A stretch of 32,000 bases of DNA from Candidatus Hermodarchaeota archaeon (GTDB lineage Archaea > Asgardarchaeota > Heimdallarchaeia > Hodarchaeales > Hodarchaeaceae), in NCBI GenBank assembly GCA_048886185.1, contig JBHLKY010000015.1, positions 1 through 32,000 of the forward strand, written 5' to 3'. Positions 17,918 through 26,958 of the stretch are shown piece by piece. Under the pieces are notes generated by a model. That model was not told the DNA's origin. It saw nothing but the letters and a program-made list of their open reading frames with translations, and did not search any database. How positions within the stretch are numbered: position 1 is the first letter of the stretch; each line of letters begins with the position of its first letter. Made by a program: the position numbers and the translations under genes.

Positions 17918-18415
17918 CTACAAATTATTTTCTTGAATATTCAATTCATCGAAGTAAAAGAGATAATCTGCATCAATTCTCTCCCTATTCATCTTTCTAA
18001 GAATATAGTTAAGCTGACCCCGATGGTACACGGTATGTAAAATATATTGGAGATAGAAATCATCTAAATTTAGAATAAAAGAGCTAGTGTCCATTCTTTG
18101 AATTGTTACTTTACCTTGGTTTTCTTGTTGTAATGCATTGGCGATTTCAGTATCACGAGATTCCCAATGGTCTAATAACTCTTTATTGGACATAGATTTA
18201 AGACGGTTTACTATTTCTTCAAAAGATGAAGATTTATCTGAAATTTGGTTAAAGCAAGATTCTATTGCTAGAATAATGTGTTCAATCTTGTCTCTAATAC
18301 TTCCTAATAAGGGATCTGGAATAATTTTAAATTCTTCCTCTTTTAGTGATCTTAATAGTCTTCTAGATTCATTTCCAGACCATAAATGATATTTTCCAAG
18401 ACTTTTAATACCCAT
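17918..18415 (-). CDS. DinB/YfiT-family protein (four-helix bundle, metal-binding His triad)
   Basis: SIRDKIEHI (His1) and LHTVYHRGQL (His2, His3). ATG 18415 preferred over 18448. Confidence 0.85.
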   Translation of the reverse strand: MGIKSLGKYHLWSGNESRRLLRSLKEEEFKIIPDPLLGSIRDKIEHIILAIESCFNQISDKSSSFEEIVNRLKSMSNKELLDHWESRDTEIANALQQENQGKVTIQRMDTSSFILNLDDFYLQYILHTVYHRGQLNYILRKMNRERIDADYLFYFDELNIQENNL

Positions 18416-18463
18416 TTTACGTATTCTCCTCACTTGAATAACTTTCATCGGATTAATAAAGAA

Positions 18464-19627
18464 TCAGCACTCCTTGAGTGGTGACATAACCGATCCTGCA
18501 GTCTTTCTATTTAATGGGATCATTGAATCACATATCTTTATGAGTACTTCCTTAAAGGTAATGAACTCACCGATTCTCTTAGCTTTCAACAAAATATCAC
18601 TCAATATAGCTTCTTCAGTTGCTTCAAAGAGAAATAACTTTATTATTGGATTTTTTTCTTTTAAAATGTCCCAGATTCCAATTACTTGACCATTGAGTAA
18701 AATTGTAGATGTAGCATTCCCCGTACGATCAAAAACATAACTGTAGTATTTAGAGTGAATTAATCTTTCACGTTCTTTATAACCCATTAAAAAAGGATCC
18801 AAAGCTGGCAACAAATTGACATTACTTTTTCTAAAAGAAAGCTTTTTCCTCAAGAAAGCAGTATCTGTTTGTAGTATGAGGAGATTCTTATTCAAATCCG
18901 AAATATCAATATAAACGATTTTATCTTGAAAATGATTCAATGCATTAAGAATAGTTATTTTTCCCAACCCAGTCCACCATGCAATATCCTCTTGAGAAGC
19001 AGGACCAAAGGCGTTTAAATAGTGTTGAACTAATTTGATTATTGCTTGTTGTTCATTCCACTCTGATAATTCCAGATCTGGAAAATATGTGCTAAAAAGT
19101 GAATACTTTCGTGGTTTAGCTCTTATTAGTAATTTCTGGTCACACATATGATATAAAATATAAGAGATATTTTGTTCAGTTTTTAGAGCTTTCTTAATTT
19201 CAGAGGCGGTCATTTCTCCTTTATCGGCGATTTTTTTTAGTACCAATTCCGAAATTTCTTTGTACTCCTCTGAGGAGATCCCTCGAAATTCTAAAGCTCT
19301 TTTTGATTGATTTAAAACTAAATTGTTTGTTGCAATAGAAACTATTGGGATTATTTCTTTAGGAAAGATATATAGAGTTTTTCTAATGCCTCTTATTTTT
19401 CCAAGGCTTTTATTAATATATAATGCATTATCTAACTTTTCTGGTGTAAAATCTCTGGTTCTAGCGAACAAGGAAAGGTATGGAGTTGTCGAACTAGTTG
19501 CATGCAGCCCACCAATATCTTTTATTACTTTAATAAGGTCTTGACTTGTTGAATAATCTATTAAATGTTGTTTATATAAAACAAAGTCATTAATATCGTT
19601 TAATGTAGTACTCTGCATATTAATCAT
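18464..19627 (-). CDS. AlkZ/YcaQ-family (HTH_42) winged-helix DNA glycosylase
   Basis: GGLHAT...PYLSLFART, RGIRKTLY, LVQHYLNAFGPASQEDIAWWTGL, LLPALDPFLMGYKER, ILLNGQVIGIW. Confidence 0.88.
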   Translation of the reverse strand: MINMQSTTLNDINDFVLYKQHLIDYSTSQDLIKVIKDIGGLHATSSTTPYLSLFARTRDFTPEKLDNALYINKSLGKIRGIRKTLYIFPKEIIPIVSIATNNLVLNQSKRALEFRGISSEEYKEISELVLKKIADKGEMTASEIKKALKTEQNISYILYHMCDQKLLIRAKPRKYSLFSTYFPDLELSEWNEQQAIIKLVQHYLNAFGPASQEDIAWWTGLGKITILNALNHFQDKIVYIDISDLNKNLLILQTDTAFLRKKLSFRKSNVNLLPALDPFLMGYKERERLIHSKYYSYVFDRTGNATSTILLNGQVIGIWDILKEKNPIIKLFLFEATEEAILSDILLKAKRIGEFITFKEVLIKICDSMIPLNRKTAGSVMSPLKEC

Positions 19628-19966
19628 TTTTGTTGGTTTTTTTACCTGAATCTTTTCGTTATATCAAATTTCTTTTTTTTAATTCATCTAAAGCACTTTT
19701 AGTGGCTTCTGGATTTAGATCATTAGCAATTTTCATTACTTCCTCAATAGTTTATACTAATCTGGATACTGATATACAATATACCCGAACCTCTTCAATT
19801 TAAGCCCTATTTTAAATACAAATCTGATAACATAAACATCAAATACAAAACGAATTATATCACAAAAGATTTTTAATTTTTAACATGGTTTCAAATATTA
19901 TTACTATCTTGTAGTTTTATAATCACTTTTATAATTAATTATTTTGGCTTGGTAGACGATTAATCA

Positions 19967-21397
19967 ATGAATAGTATTATTCAGCAGAGACAGTATCAGC
20001 ACAAAATATTAGAGATGCTGAAAGATAATTATATTCAAGGATATAATACTATCGTTGAAGTTGATACGGGATTGGGAAAACGTGTTCTCACATATTTACT
20101 CATTAAGGATATTCTTAAAGATAAGAAAGTTCTTCTTCTGTTGCATTCAACAATAAGTTATTCTGAAACAATTCACTACTTCAAGGAACACTATGGTGGT
20201 TTTGTAAATTCTGAGTTTCAAAGTTTTTCTAGCCAAACTCCTGGATTTATTCGACAAAAAATTCTTGAAGATGCTCAAATCGTAGCATCCACCCCTCAAA
20301 CATTTTTAAATGCTTTCAATAAACTAACTATAAAGCCAAAATTTGATGGAATCATTATTAATGAAGTAGATAAAATAGTTCGACGTCATGGGGATTCGAG
20401 GTTACTGATTTATCCCTACAACACTCTCATTCCTTATTTTGTAAATTTAAATTCTTGGATTGTTGGTATGACGGGCACTATTCGTGATAAACATATTTTC
20501 TATAATGAAAGAAGAGATACTATTGAACTGCAAGAAGAACTCGTTGCACTCGATAAGAGAATTCCAGTATTACATATCATTCGGATGGATTCTCTTTTAG
20601 CACATACTGATATCCAAAATTACATTCAAAATACATATATTCGGCAATATCACGTTAAACCAAGCCCTGAATTACGATTGGTTCTAAAATTGATAGATCA
20701 TGCTATAGAGAATTTACGTCAGGAAATCATAAACGAAACCATGGAGGAACGACCAACACTTCTTGAATTTATTCCTTCCTCCGAGTATGCTCTTGTTTCT
20801 GGTATGTTGGATACTGAATCTGGGGATAATCAAAAGTATCAAGGACTGCTATTAATACGAAAATACTGTACTGCAATGCAGGTACAAAAGTATCGGAAAT
20901 TTCTCTACCGTTTGAAGAAATTTGGAATAACAAAAGATATTATCCAAGCTTTACCAGAACACAATTCCAAAACTAGTACATTACTCCAAATTATTAATGA
21001 TCAACCACCAAATTCTAAAACAGTTGTATTATGCTCATTTTTGGATACAGCCCAAAAACTGGATGAAGAAATTCAAAAGATGGGTATTGCTACCTTTCGT
21101 ATAACCGGCAAAGTTCGAGACAAAATATCCATTTTAAATAGTTTTAAGGAATTAGAAGGAAAATCTGTTTTAGTAATAACATCTGTGGGTGAGAGAGACC
21201 TTGATATCCCCCAAGCAAAGCTATTAATTGTTTATGATGTTGTGAACACCGTGAAAACAATGTATCAGAGATTTAAGAGAACCCGTGGGGGATTAGTCTT
21301 ATGTTTATCTTACCAAGAGACTTTTGAAGAGAGGAAAGTGGCCCGATTACTTCAAGAGATTAGTAAACGTTATCCATGGTCTTCTATTATTGAATAG
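19967..21397 (+). CDS. Hef/FANCM-like SF2 helicase domain with degenerate motifs and no ERCC4 nuclease
   Basis: DTGLGKR (I), STPQT (Ib), INEVD (II), GMTGT (III), TSVGERDLDIP (V), QRFKRTRG (VI). Confidence 0.78.
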   Translation: MNSIIQQRQYQHKILEMLKDNYIQGYNTIVEVDTGLGKRVLTYLLIKDILKDKKVLLLLHSTISYSETIHYFKEHYGGFVNSEFQSFSSQTPGFIRQKILEDAQIVASTPQTFLNAFNKLTIKPKFDGIIINEVDKIVRRHGDSRLLIYPYNTLIPYFVNLNSWIVGMTGTIRDKHIFYNERRDTIELQEELVALDKRIPVLHIIRMDSLLAHTDIQNYIQNTYIRQYHVKPSPELRLVLKLIDHAIENLRQEIINETMEERPTLLEFIPSSEYALVSGMLDTESGDNQKYQGLLLIRKYCTAMQVQKYRKFLYRLKKFGITKDIIQALPEHNSKTSTLLQIINDQPPNSKTVVLCSFLDTAQKLDEEIQKMGIATFRITGKVRDKISILNSFKELEGKSVLVITSVGERDLDIPQAKLLIVYDVVNTVKTMYQRFKRTRGGLVLCLSYQETFEERKVARLLQEISKRYPWSSIIE

Positions 21398-21404
21398 AAG
21401 AAAT

Positions 21405-22067
21405 CTAAAATAAGAATATACCAAAAAATCCAAGAGCTATTAAACTCCCAATTAAAGAAATCCAAATTTTTGGATCCCATGCTAAGACTTTTGCTCCATC
21501 TAAGACACCTATAGGAAGAAGGTTGAAAACTCCTAGAAAAACATTCAACCATACTCCAGCAGACCCAATCATAATAATCACAGTAATATTAAAAAGCAAA
21601 CCAACTCCTTGTAGAAACATAAACAGTCCTGCTAGTATAAAATTAGTTATTGGCCCAGAAGCGGAAACTCTACCACGAATTCCAGGAGATGCTGTGGCTT
21701 CTCCCCACCAAAAAACTGCACCAGTTGCTAAAATTGGGAAACCAACAATAAGGCTAACCATCATCAGAAATACTGCTTCTTTACTTAGTTTGTAATAAGC
21801 TCTTGCGCCATATTTAATTGCAATGAATTTGTGAGATAACTCGTGGGCAAAAAAACTTATTCCTAGGACAAATAAATAGATCAACAGTTCAGTTGGAATC
21901 TTTCCTTCTTGAATAATTGTATTCAGAGTTCCTCTAAGAAAGAGAATGACAAAACTTATAATTATCCAACTAATTCCTAATTCTGATATCTCCTGAACAG
22001 ATAAATGGAGTCTATCTAGGATGCCTTTTTTGGTAAATTCTTTTTCCCAATTAGGTTTTTGACTCAA
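21405..22067 (-). CDS. M50 (site-2 protease) intramembrane zinc metalloprotease, archaeal type
   Basis: HELSH, VSASGPITN and FNLLPIGVLDGAKV; TTG start directly abuts the upstream stop. Confidence 0.92.
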   Translation of the reverse strand: MSQKPNWEKEFTKKGILDRLHLSVQEISELGISWIIISFVILFLRGTLNTIIQEGKIPTELLIYLFVLGISFFAHELSHKFIAIKYGARAYYKLSKEAVFLMMVSLIVGFPILATGAVFWWGEATASPGIRGRVSASGPITNFILAGLFMFLQGVGLLFNITVIIMIGSAGVWLNVFLGVFNLLPIGVLDGAKVLAWDPKIWISLIGSLIALGFFGIFLF

Positions 22068-22496
22068 CTATATCTCATCCTTACAGATGTGACTTCCCGC
22101 AAGAAAGTGACTTCCACATAGGATTTGTCCACATCTAGAACATTGAAATGGTTTGAAAACCTTTTTTCCACAAGCACTGCAATAAGCTACTTCTGGAACT
22201 TTCGGATGCTTTGGTCCACTATCGGGATAAGTTTTAACCACTTCAAAATGGGTCAGATCTGGGGAAACCTCATATTCTGCTTTGTATCCTCTTATTCTTT
22301 CTGGAGAGAATAAAGAGTTAATAAATATAATTCCAATCATTGTTGAAATGATACCAAGTACAAGATAAGGTAAAGCAATAAAGGCATCCTCTCCTAAAAT
22401 CATATATCCAATTAGAAATCCAATGGGAGAAAATAAACCAATACCAGTCGCAACAACAATTATAAACCCAGTAATATATTTTGAATTGAGATTCAT
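22068..22496 (-). CDS. Membrane-anchored AN1-type zinc-finger protein
   Basis: Two N-terminal TM helices; C-terminal C-x2-C-x9-C-x2-C-x4-C-x2-H-x5-H-x-C; AGGAG RBS upstream. Confidence 0.88.
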   Translation of the reverse strand: MNLNSKYITGFIIVVATGIGLFSPIGFLIGYMILGEDAFIALPYLVLGIISTMIGIIFINSLFSPERIRGYKAEYEVSPDLTHFEVVKTYPDSGPKHPKVPEVAYCSACGKKVFKPFQCSRCGQILCGSHFLAGSHICKDEI

Positions 22497-22508
22497 ACTA
22501 ATTCTCCT

Positions 22509-23222
22509 TTAGAGTGTTGGTAAAATGTGAATAATCTCGGTTAATGTGTTAATAACAAGTGTGTTTGGAATGATTTTTTGGAAATCCTCAAGTTTAAACA
22601 TACCTACTCTTCCGATAAACTGAATATTGTTTCCTCTAGCGCGTATTGCATCATTTAAAGAATCCCCAACAAATAAAATTTCGGAGCTTAATAGATTGTA
22701 TTTCAATTTGACAAAATCGAAGTGATGCTTACCTTTTTCAAATCCTTGTCTCCATCCAAGAATATCATCAACTATATCCATGCCTTTTTTCCTAAGATAT
22801 TCTATAATTATTGATTCAATGGTTCCACTTGATATTCCTAAAAAATATCCAAGCCTCTTCAATTCTGTCAGTACTTTATATGATTCTGCAAAGAGTTTTT
22901 GTTCAAAAATTCGTTCTAGTTTTAATTTTTCAAATTCATCAACGATTACAGTATTATCTTCAGTTGGTGCAATGATCTCCATTTGTTGAACGAAAGGTAG
23001 TCCAGTTGTTTTTCGATATTTTATTCTCGCTTCGGTTGGGGAAAATCCATAATGATTTGTCAGAAGATAGATTGCATTATTTTCTAAAAAAGGCATTGAA
23101 TCAACAATAGTTCCATCGAAATCAAACATAATGTATCTTATCGAATCTTTCGTCATTATTATCCGATGCCTAGGGTTTTGATCCTTTTTTTCCAGTTTTT
23201 TCTGTGTGATGTTATTATTCAC
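22509..23222 (-). CDS. HAD-superfamily phosphatase/hydrolase
   Basis: MFDFDGTIVDS (motif I), ISSG (II), GK (III), FVGDSLND (IV). The true start may be the downstream MTKDS. Confidence 0.92.
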   Translation of the reverse strand: MNNNITQKKLEKKDQNPRHRIIMTKDSIRYIMFDFDGTIVDSMPFLENNAIYLLTNHYGFSPTEARIKYRKTTGLPFVQQMEIIAPTEDNTVIVDEFEKLKLERIFEQKLFAESYKVLTELKRLGYFLGISSGTIESIIIEYLRKKGMDIVDDILGWRQGFEKGKHHFDFVKLKYNLLSSEILFVGDSLNDAIRARGNNIQFIGRVGMFKLEDFQKIIPNTLVINTLTEIIHILPTL

Positions 23223-23376
23223 GAATTCAATTAATCAGTTGAATCATGGATCAAATGTTTTTAAAAGCCTCTTTCTGAAGCAAGCAAAAATGTTTATAGC
23301 ATATTCAGAAAATGTTTCCCCTTAAATATGACTCAATAATCCCAATGATTCTCCTTCTCACTGGAGTGAAGCCTAT

Positions 23377-25020
23377 TTGCGTACTTATGACAAACTTTTT
23401 ACGTGGTTTATAATATCCTTGGTGCTCATATTTCTATATTTTTTCCTTCCACTTATGTTGTTACCAGAATTAGCTGTGAGTGAAGTATATGAGGCAATAG
23501 GGGTTTTAATTATGTTATTGGGAGGTTTTATGCCAATAATCTACTTTCTAGTTTTGAAAAAACAGCGGAAACAAATTCAAACAGATCTTTTAGACCTCCA
23601 AGAGGCAGGAATAACGGTTTTCATAAAGAAATATGAGAGACTACTTTATGGTAGAGATATAGGTGATGTGCCCAGAATTGCACGTTTACTTTTTAACATG
23701 AATTGTCTAGCAATAATTCAGCCCAAAGAAATTACAGAGTTAAAAGCGATAATACATCTTTGCGAAAAATACCGTATTCCACTTATTCCTCGTGGAGCAG
23801 GAACTTCTGGATATGGTGGGACCCTACCTATAAAAAATGGAATAATTGTTATCCTGACAAATTTTGAGGAAATTGTAGAGATAAATAAGGAAGAGAAAAC
23901 AGTTGAAGTAGAGTGTGGAGTTACTTGGGAACATCTTCGTAAATTTTTAGAATCCCAAGGTTTAACACTCCAATCTTACCCCTCATCTGGGCCATCATCA
24001 ACAATTGGTGGGTGGGTGGCTCAAGGGGGTTACGGTGTAGGATCTGCAAAATTTGGAAGTGTTAATCAAAGCGTTTTAAACATAACTGTACTTGGGACTG
24101 AGGGGAAAGAATTTCAGCTTCAGAATCCAGATATTTTTATTGGTTCTTGTGGAAGATTAGGTATTCTCTGGAAAATTACTTTGAAAGTTAAAGACCTTTC
24201 AAATATGATTCATATGGCTGTTTCATCCTCTCATCAAAATCAATTAATCAAAGCAATTTCAGCTTATCAAGACCTTCAACCCTTTTTTTTAAGATATGAT
24301 GACCATAAAACTTTATTATGGAAGAATACAACACAAAATCAATCAGCTTGGGAATCAAGAGAATATACAGGAGGTGTTATATCATTGAGCTTTCAGGAGG
24401 AGGATTGGAATCAAGATAAGTTTAGTGATATTACCCAAAAATATCATCTTTTTGAACTTCCCAAAGAATTAAGTGAAAAATTTTGGAAGGAACGCTTTAA
24501 AACAATTAGATTAAAACGTAAGGGGCCTTCCTTAATAGTAGTTGAGGTACTTGTACCTACAATTTATTTGGATAAGATAATTAAGGCGCTATTAAAACGT
24601 TATGATCAGGAGATATATGCTTTAGAGCTTCTCTCCACGTCTGATGACTATTGCATTGTTTTTGTTTGGTTTCCTACCGACATGAGAAATAAAGCTCTTC
24701 CAGTAATTGGTTCATTGCCCTATACTTTTCACTGGTTGAGATTCTTTGATATAATACAGATAGTTCGTAATTGGAAAGGTAAACCCTATAGTAGTGGTTT
24801 GTGGTTTAGTCCTTATTCAGGAGTAATTTTCAAAAGGCAATTAAAAGAAATGAAACAATTAAAAAATAAAATCGATCACCTAGATATATTTAATCCTGGA
24901 AAGGTATGGGGAACCCGGATACCAAGGTTTTTTCCTTTCTTTTCTTATTGGCTCATCATTCGCTTTAGCGTTCCAATTGTGAGCCTTTTTTATCGATTTA
25001 TACCTAAAAAGTTTAGGTAG
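23377..25020 (+). CDS. FAD-linked oxidoreductase (VAO/PCMH family) with N-terminal membrane hairpin
   Basis: AIIQPKE...IPLIPRGAGTSGYGG, TVEVECGVTW, SSTIGGW, GSCGRLGIL and DHLDIFNPGK; two hydrophobic helices in the first ~60 aa. Confidence 0.88.
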   Translation: MRTYDKLFTWFIISLVLIFLYFFLPLMLLPELAVSEVYEAIGVLIMLLGGFMPIIYFLVLKKQRKQIQTDLLDLQEAGITVFIKKYERLLYGRDIGDVPRIARLLFNMNCLAIIQPKEITELKAIIHLCEKYRIPLIPRGAGTSGYGGTLPIKNGIIVILTNFEEIVEINKEEKTVEVECGVTWEHLRKFLESQGLTLQSYPSSGPSSTIGGWVAQGGYGVGSAKFGSVNQSVLNITVLGTEGKEFQLQNPDIFIGSCGRLGILWKITLKVKDLSNMIHMAVSSSHQNQLIKAISAYQDLQPFFLRYDDHKTLLWKNTTQNQSAWESREYTGGVISLSFQEEDWNQDKFSDITQKYHLFELPKELSEKFWKERFKTIRLKRKGPSLIVVEVLVPTIYLDKIIKALLKRYDQEIYALELLSTSDDYCIVFVWFPTDMRNKALPVIGSLPYTFHWLRFFDIIQIVRNWKGKPYSSGLWFSPYSGVIFKRQLKEMKQLKNKIDHLDIFNPGKVWGTRIPRFFPFFSYWLIIRFSVPIVSLFYRFIPKKFR

Positions 25021-25063
25021 GGCCCCTTTATTTGGCCTAAACGTTCACTGACTTGAGAAAGTA

Positions 25064-25858
25064 CTAATCTTCACTAGATTCTTTAAAACAATATGTTTCA
25101 ATGAAACTATCAATTTTTTCAAAGGCTTCTTGGGCCTCTTCTCCATAAAAAAACCAGCGAGCTCTTTTTTTGTGTGTCCAACGTTCCTTATACGGACAAT
25201 TCACTAATTGATCAAAGATGAAATCTGGGGATAAGCTATCATTTTCATTATGAATAATTAATGTGGGTTGAGTAATAAGAGATAAACGACGATTTGTGAA
25301 ACCAATGACTCTGTACAGTTCAATCAAAGATTCAGTAGGTCTTTTTGAATAATAAAACTGGCCTCTCTCCTCATCTAATGTTTTCAACATTTTAACATGT
25401 TCCTCTGAAACTGTAGAGAAATCCTTCTTGATATATTTAAGAAAAGGAAGCACAGTCTTAACTAAAGTGGATGGAGGATGCTGACTGGGTGATATTAGAA
25501 CTAGTCCGCCAATTTGCTCTCTTTCTGGAGATGCTGCTAGCATTGTAGCCAGTACTGATCCTAAAGCAACCCCAATGACAACCACTTTATTATAATTCTG
25601 GATTAAATAAAAGAGTCCTTCTCTCGCGTTTGAGTACCAATCTAACCAAGATTTCTGCCTTAATTCTTCTGGATCACTTCCATGGCCAGGTAGTAAGGGA
25701 GCAATTCCGGAGTACCCGCAATTTCTTAAGAAAACTCCTAAGGGACGAACTTCACTTGGACTTGCAGTAAAAGAATGAAGGAGTAAACATCCAATTTCAT
25801 TTTTGGAGCCATGTCCCTTGAATTCAAAAGGAAGGGCAAGAGGATCAACGTCGTACAT
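25064..25858 (-). CDS. Alpha/beta-hydrolase of carboxylesterase (Est30/YvaK) type, probably catalytically inactive
   Basis: CLLLHSFTASP and APLLPGHG match the family; the nucleophile elbow reads G-V-A-L-G and no His is visible at the expected C-terminal position. Confidence 0.85.
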   Translation of the reverse strand: MYDVDPLALPFEFKGHGSKNEIGCLLLHSFTASPSEVRPLGVFLRNCGYSGIAPLLPGHGSDPEELRQKSWLDWYSNAREGLFYLIQNYNKVVVIGVALGSVLATMLAASPEREQIGGLVLISPSQHPPSTLVKTVLPFLKYIKKDFSTVSEEHVKMLKTLDEERGQFYYSKRPTESLIELYRVIGFTNRRLSLITQPTLIIHNENDSLSPDFIFDQLVNCPYKERWTHKKRARWFFYGEEAQEAFEKIDSFIETYCFKESSED

Positions 25859-26155
25859 CGTAAACGCTCATGTGTTGCTTATTAAGTCATTTTATTTGAT
25901 TCAGTAATTGAAAAATAATAGAAAAAAACACAATTATTTACTCTTATAATACTCTTAAATATTTACATTAGAACATTGTTAGAGAAAATGAATATTTTAA
26001 GAAATACTTAAAATGAATATGTATTAGTAAAAACACAAAAATTTAATTCAATCCTCTGAATTCACTCAGTTTCTCGAATTAAAAGTATTTTAGATGTCAA
26101 AAATACACAGAGATATTAAGATTATGAAAAAAGTTAATTTTTAAAAATTGGAGTT

Positions 26156-26944
26156 GTGTTAAGTTTGAGTTCCAAGAATGTAATTCGGACGGGAGTTCAG
26201 TCTCTGGATATTTTCCTTGGAGGAGAAGAGAACCCTGGACTTCCAGATAAAAGCGTTATACTTGTACTAGGAGAACCAGGGACTAAATTTGAATTATTTA
26301 CACAACAAGTTCTTTTCAGGGTTTTACAAACTAAAGTAACTGACAAAGTTATTTATTTATCATATGATGGAAGACCACAAGAAATTATTGAAGAAATGGC
26401 AATTTATAATTTCCAACTTCAACCTTTTGTAGCAGCTGGAGAGAGGTGGCAATTCATGGACGCATTTACTGCTAGAATTGCTGCCGAGGGAGCAGTAATC
26501 GGCTTACAGTCACTCCCAGGTGTTGATTTTGGATCTGAGTACGCCCAGGATTCATTACGTTATTTTTCGAGAGTATTTGTACCGGCTATTCTGGAATATG
26601 ACAATGTTTCTACATGTATCCACTCCATATCATCAATGATCCGCAGCAATTCAATTGAAAGTGTATCAATAGCTATAGAAACACTAAAACATATAGTAAG
26701 ACAACGAGGTTCAGGGATTCATTTTATCCTAATGGTTAAGAATTTACATGGATCGGAAGTAGAAGTACTTGCGTCTCATCTTGCTGATTTTGTATTTGAC
26801 ATCTCGTTTGGAAGGGTCGGCGGGGGAAAAATTTCAATAAATTTTTCTGTACAGAAATCGTGGAAGAGTACATTGTTACCTATTTCAGTTCCAATAACAA
26901 TCGATAAGAAAGGTATCCGCCTAGAAACTACTGTTCGAATTTAG
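26156..26944 (+). CDS. KaiC/RAD55-like RecA-fold protein with degenerate Walker motifs
   Basis: IRTGVQSLDIFLGG, VILVLGEPGTKFE, YLSYD, MDAF, HSISSM, ADFVFD, ITIDKKGI. Confidence 0.85.
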   Translation: MLSLSSKNVIRTGVQSLDIFLGGEENPGLPDKSVILVLGEPGTKFELFTQQVLFRVLQTKVTDKVIYLSYDGRPQEIIEEMAIYNFQLQPFVAAGERWQFMDAFTARIAAEGAVIGLQSLPGVDFGSEYAQDSLRYFSRVFVPAILEYDNVSTCIHSISSMIRSNSIESVSIAIETLKHIVRQRGSGIHFILMVKNLHGSEVEVLASHLADFVFDISFGRVGGGKISINFSVQKSWKSTLLPISVPITIDKKGIRLETTVRI

Positions 26945-26958
26945 TCCATAAAGTAGGA

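Noticed and set aside
18138-19544. ORFs 18138-18389, 18474-18689 and 19323-19544
   Set aside because: Antisense to the DinB and AlkZ-like genes.
19659-19736. 25-aa minus-strand ORF MKIANDLNPEATKSALDELKKRNLI upstream of the AlkZ-like gene
   Set aside because: Looks protein-like (helical, possibly a wHTH remnant) but is bounded by in-frame stops just upstream and is too short to support as a gene or pseudogene.
21370-22989. ORFs 21370-21552, 21523-21795, 22125-22313 and 22780-22989
   Set aside because: Overlap stronger genes (M50, AN1, HAD) in antisense or alternative frames.
26042-26083. Inverted repeat TTTAATTC...GAATTAAA in the divergent esterase/KaiC gap
   Set aside because: 8 bp and almost all A/T in a very AT-rich region; expected by chance.
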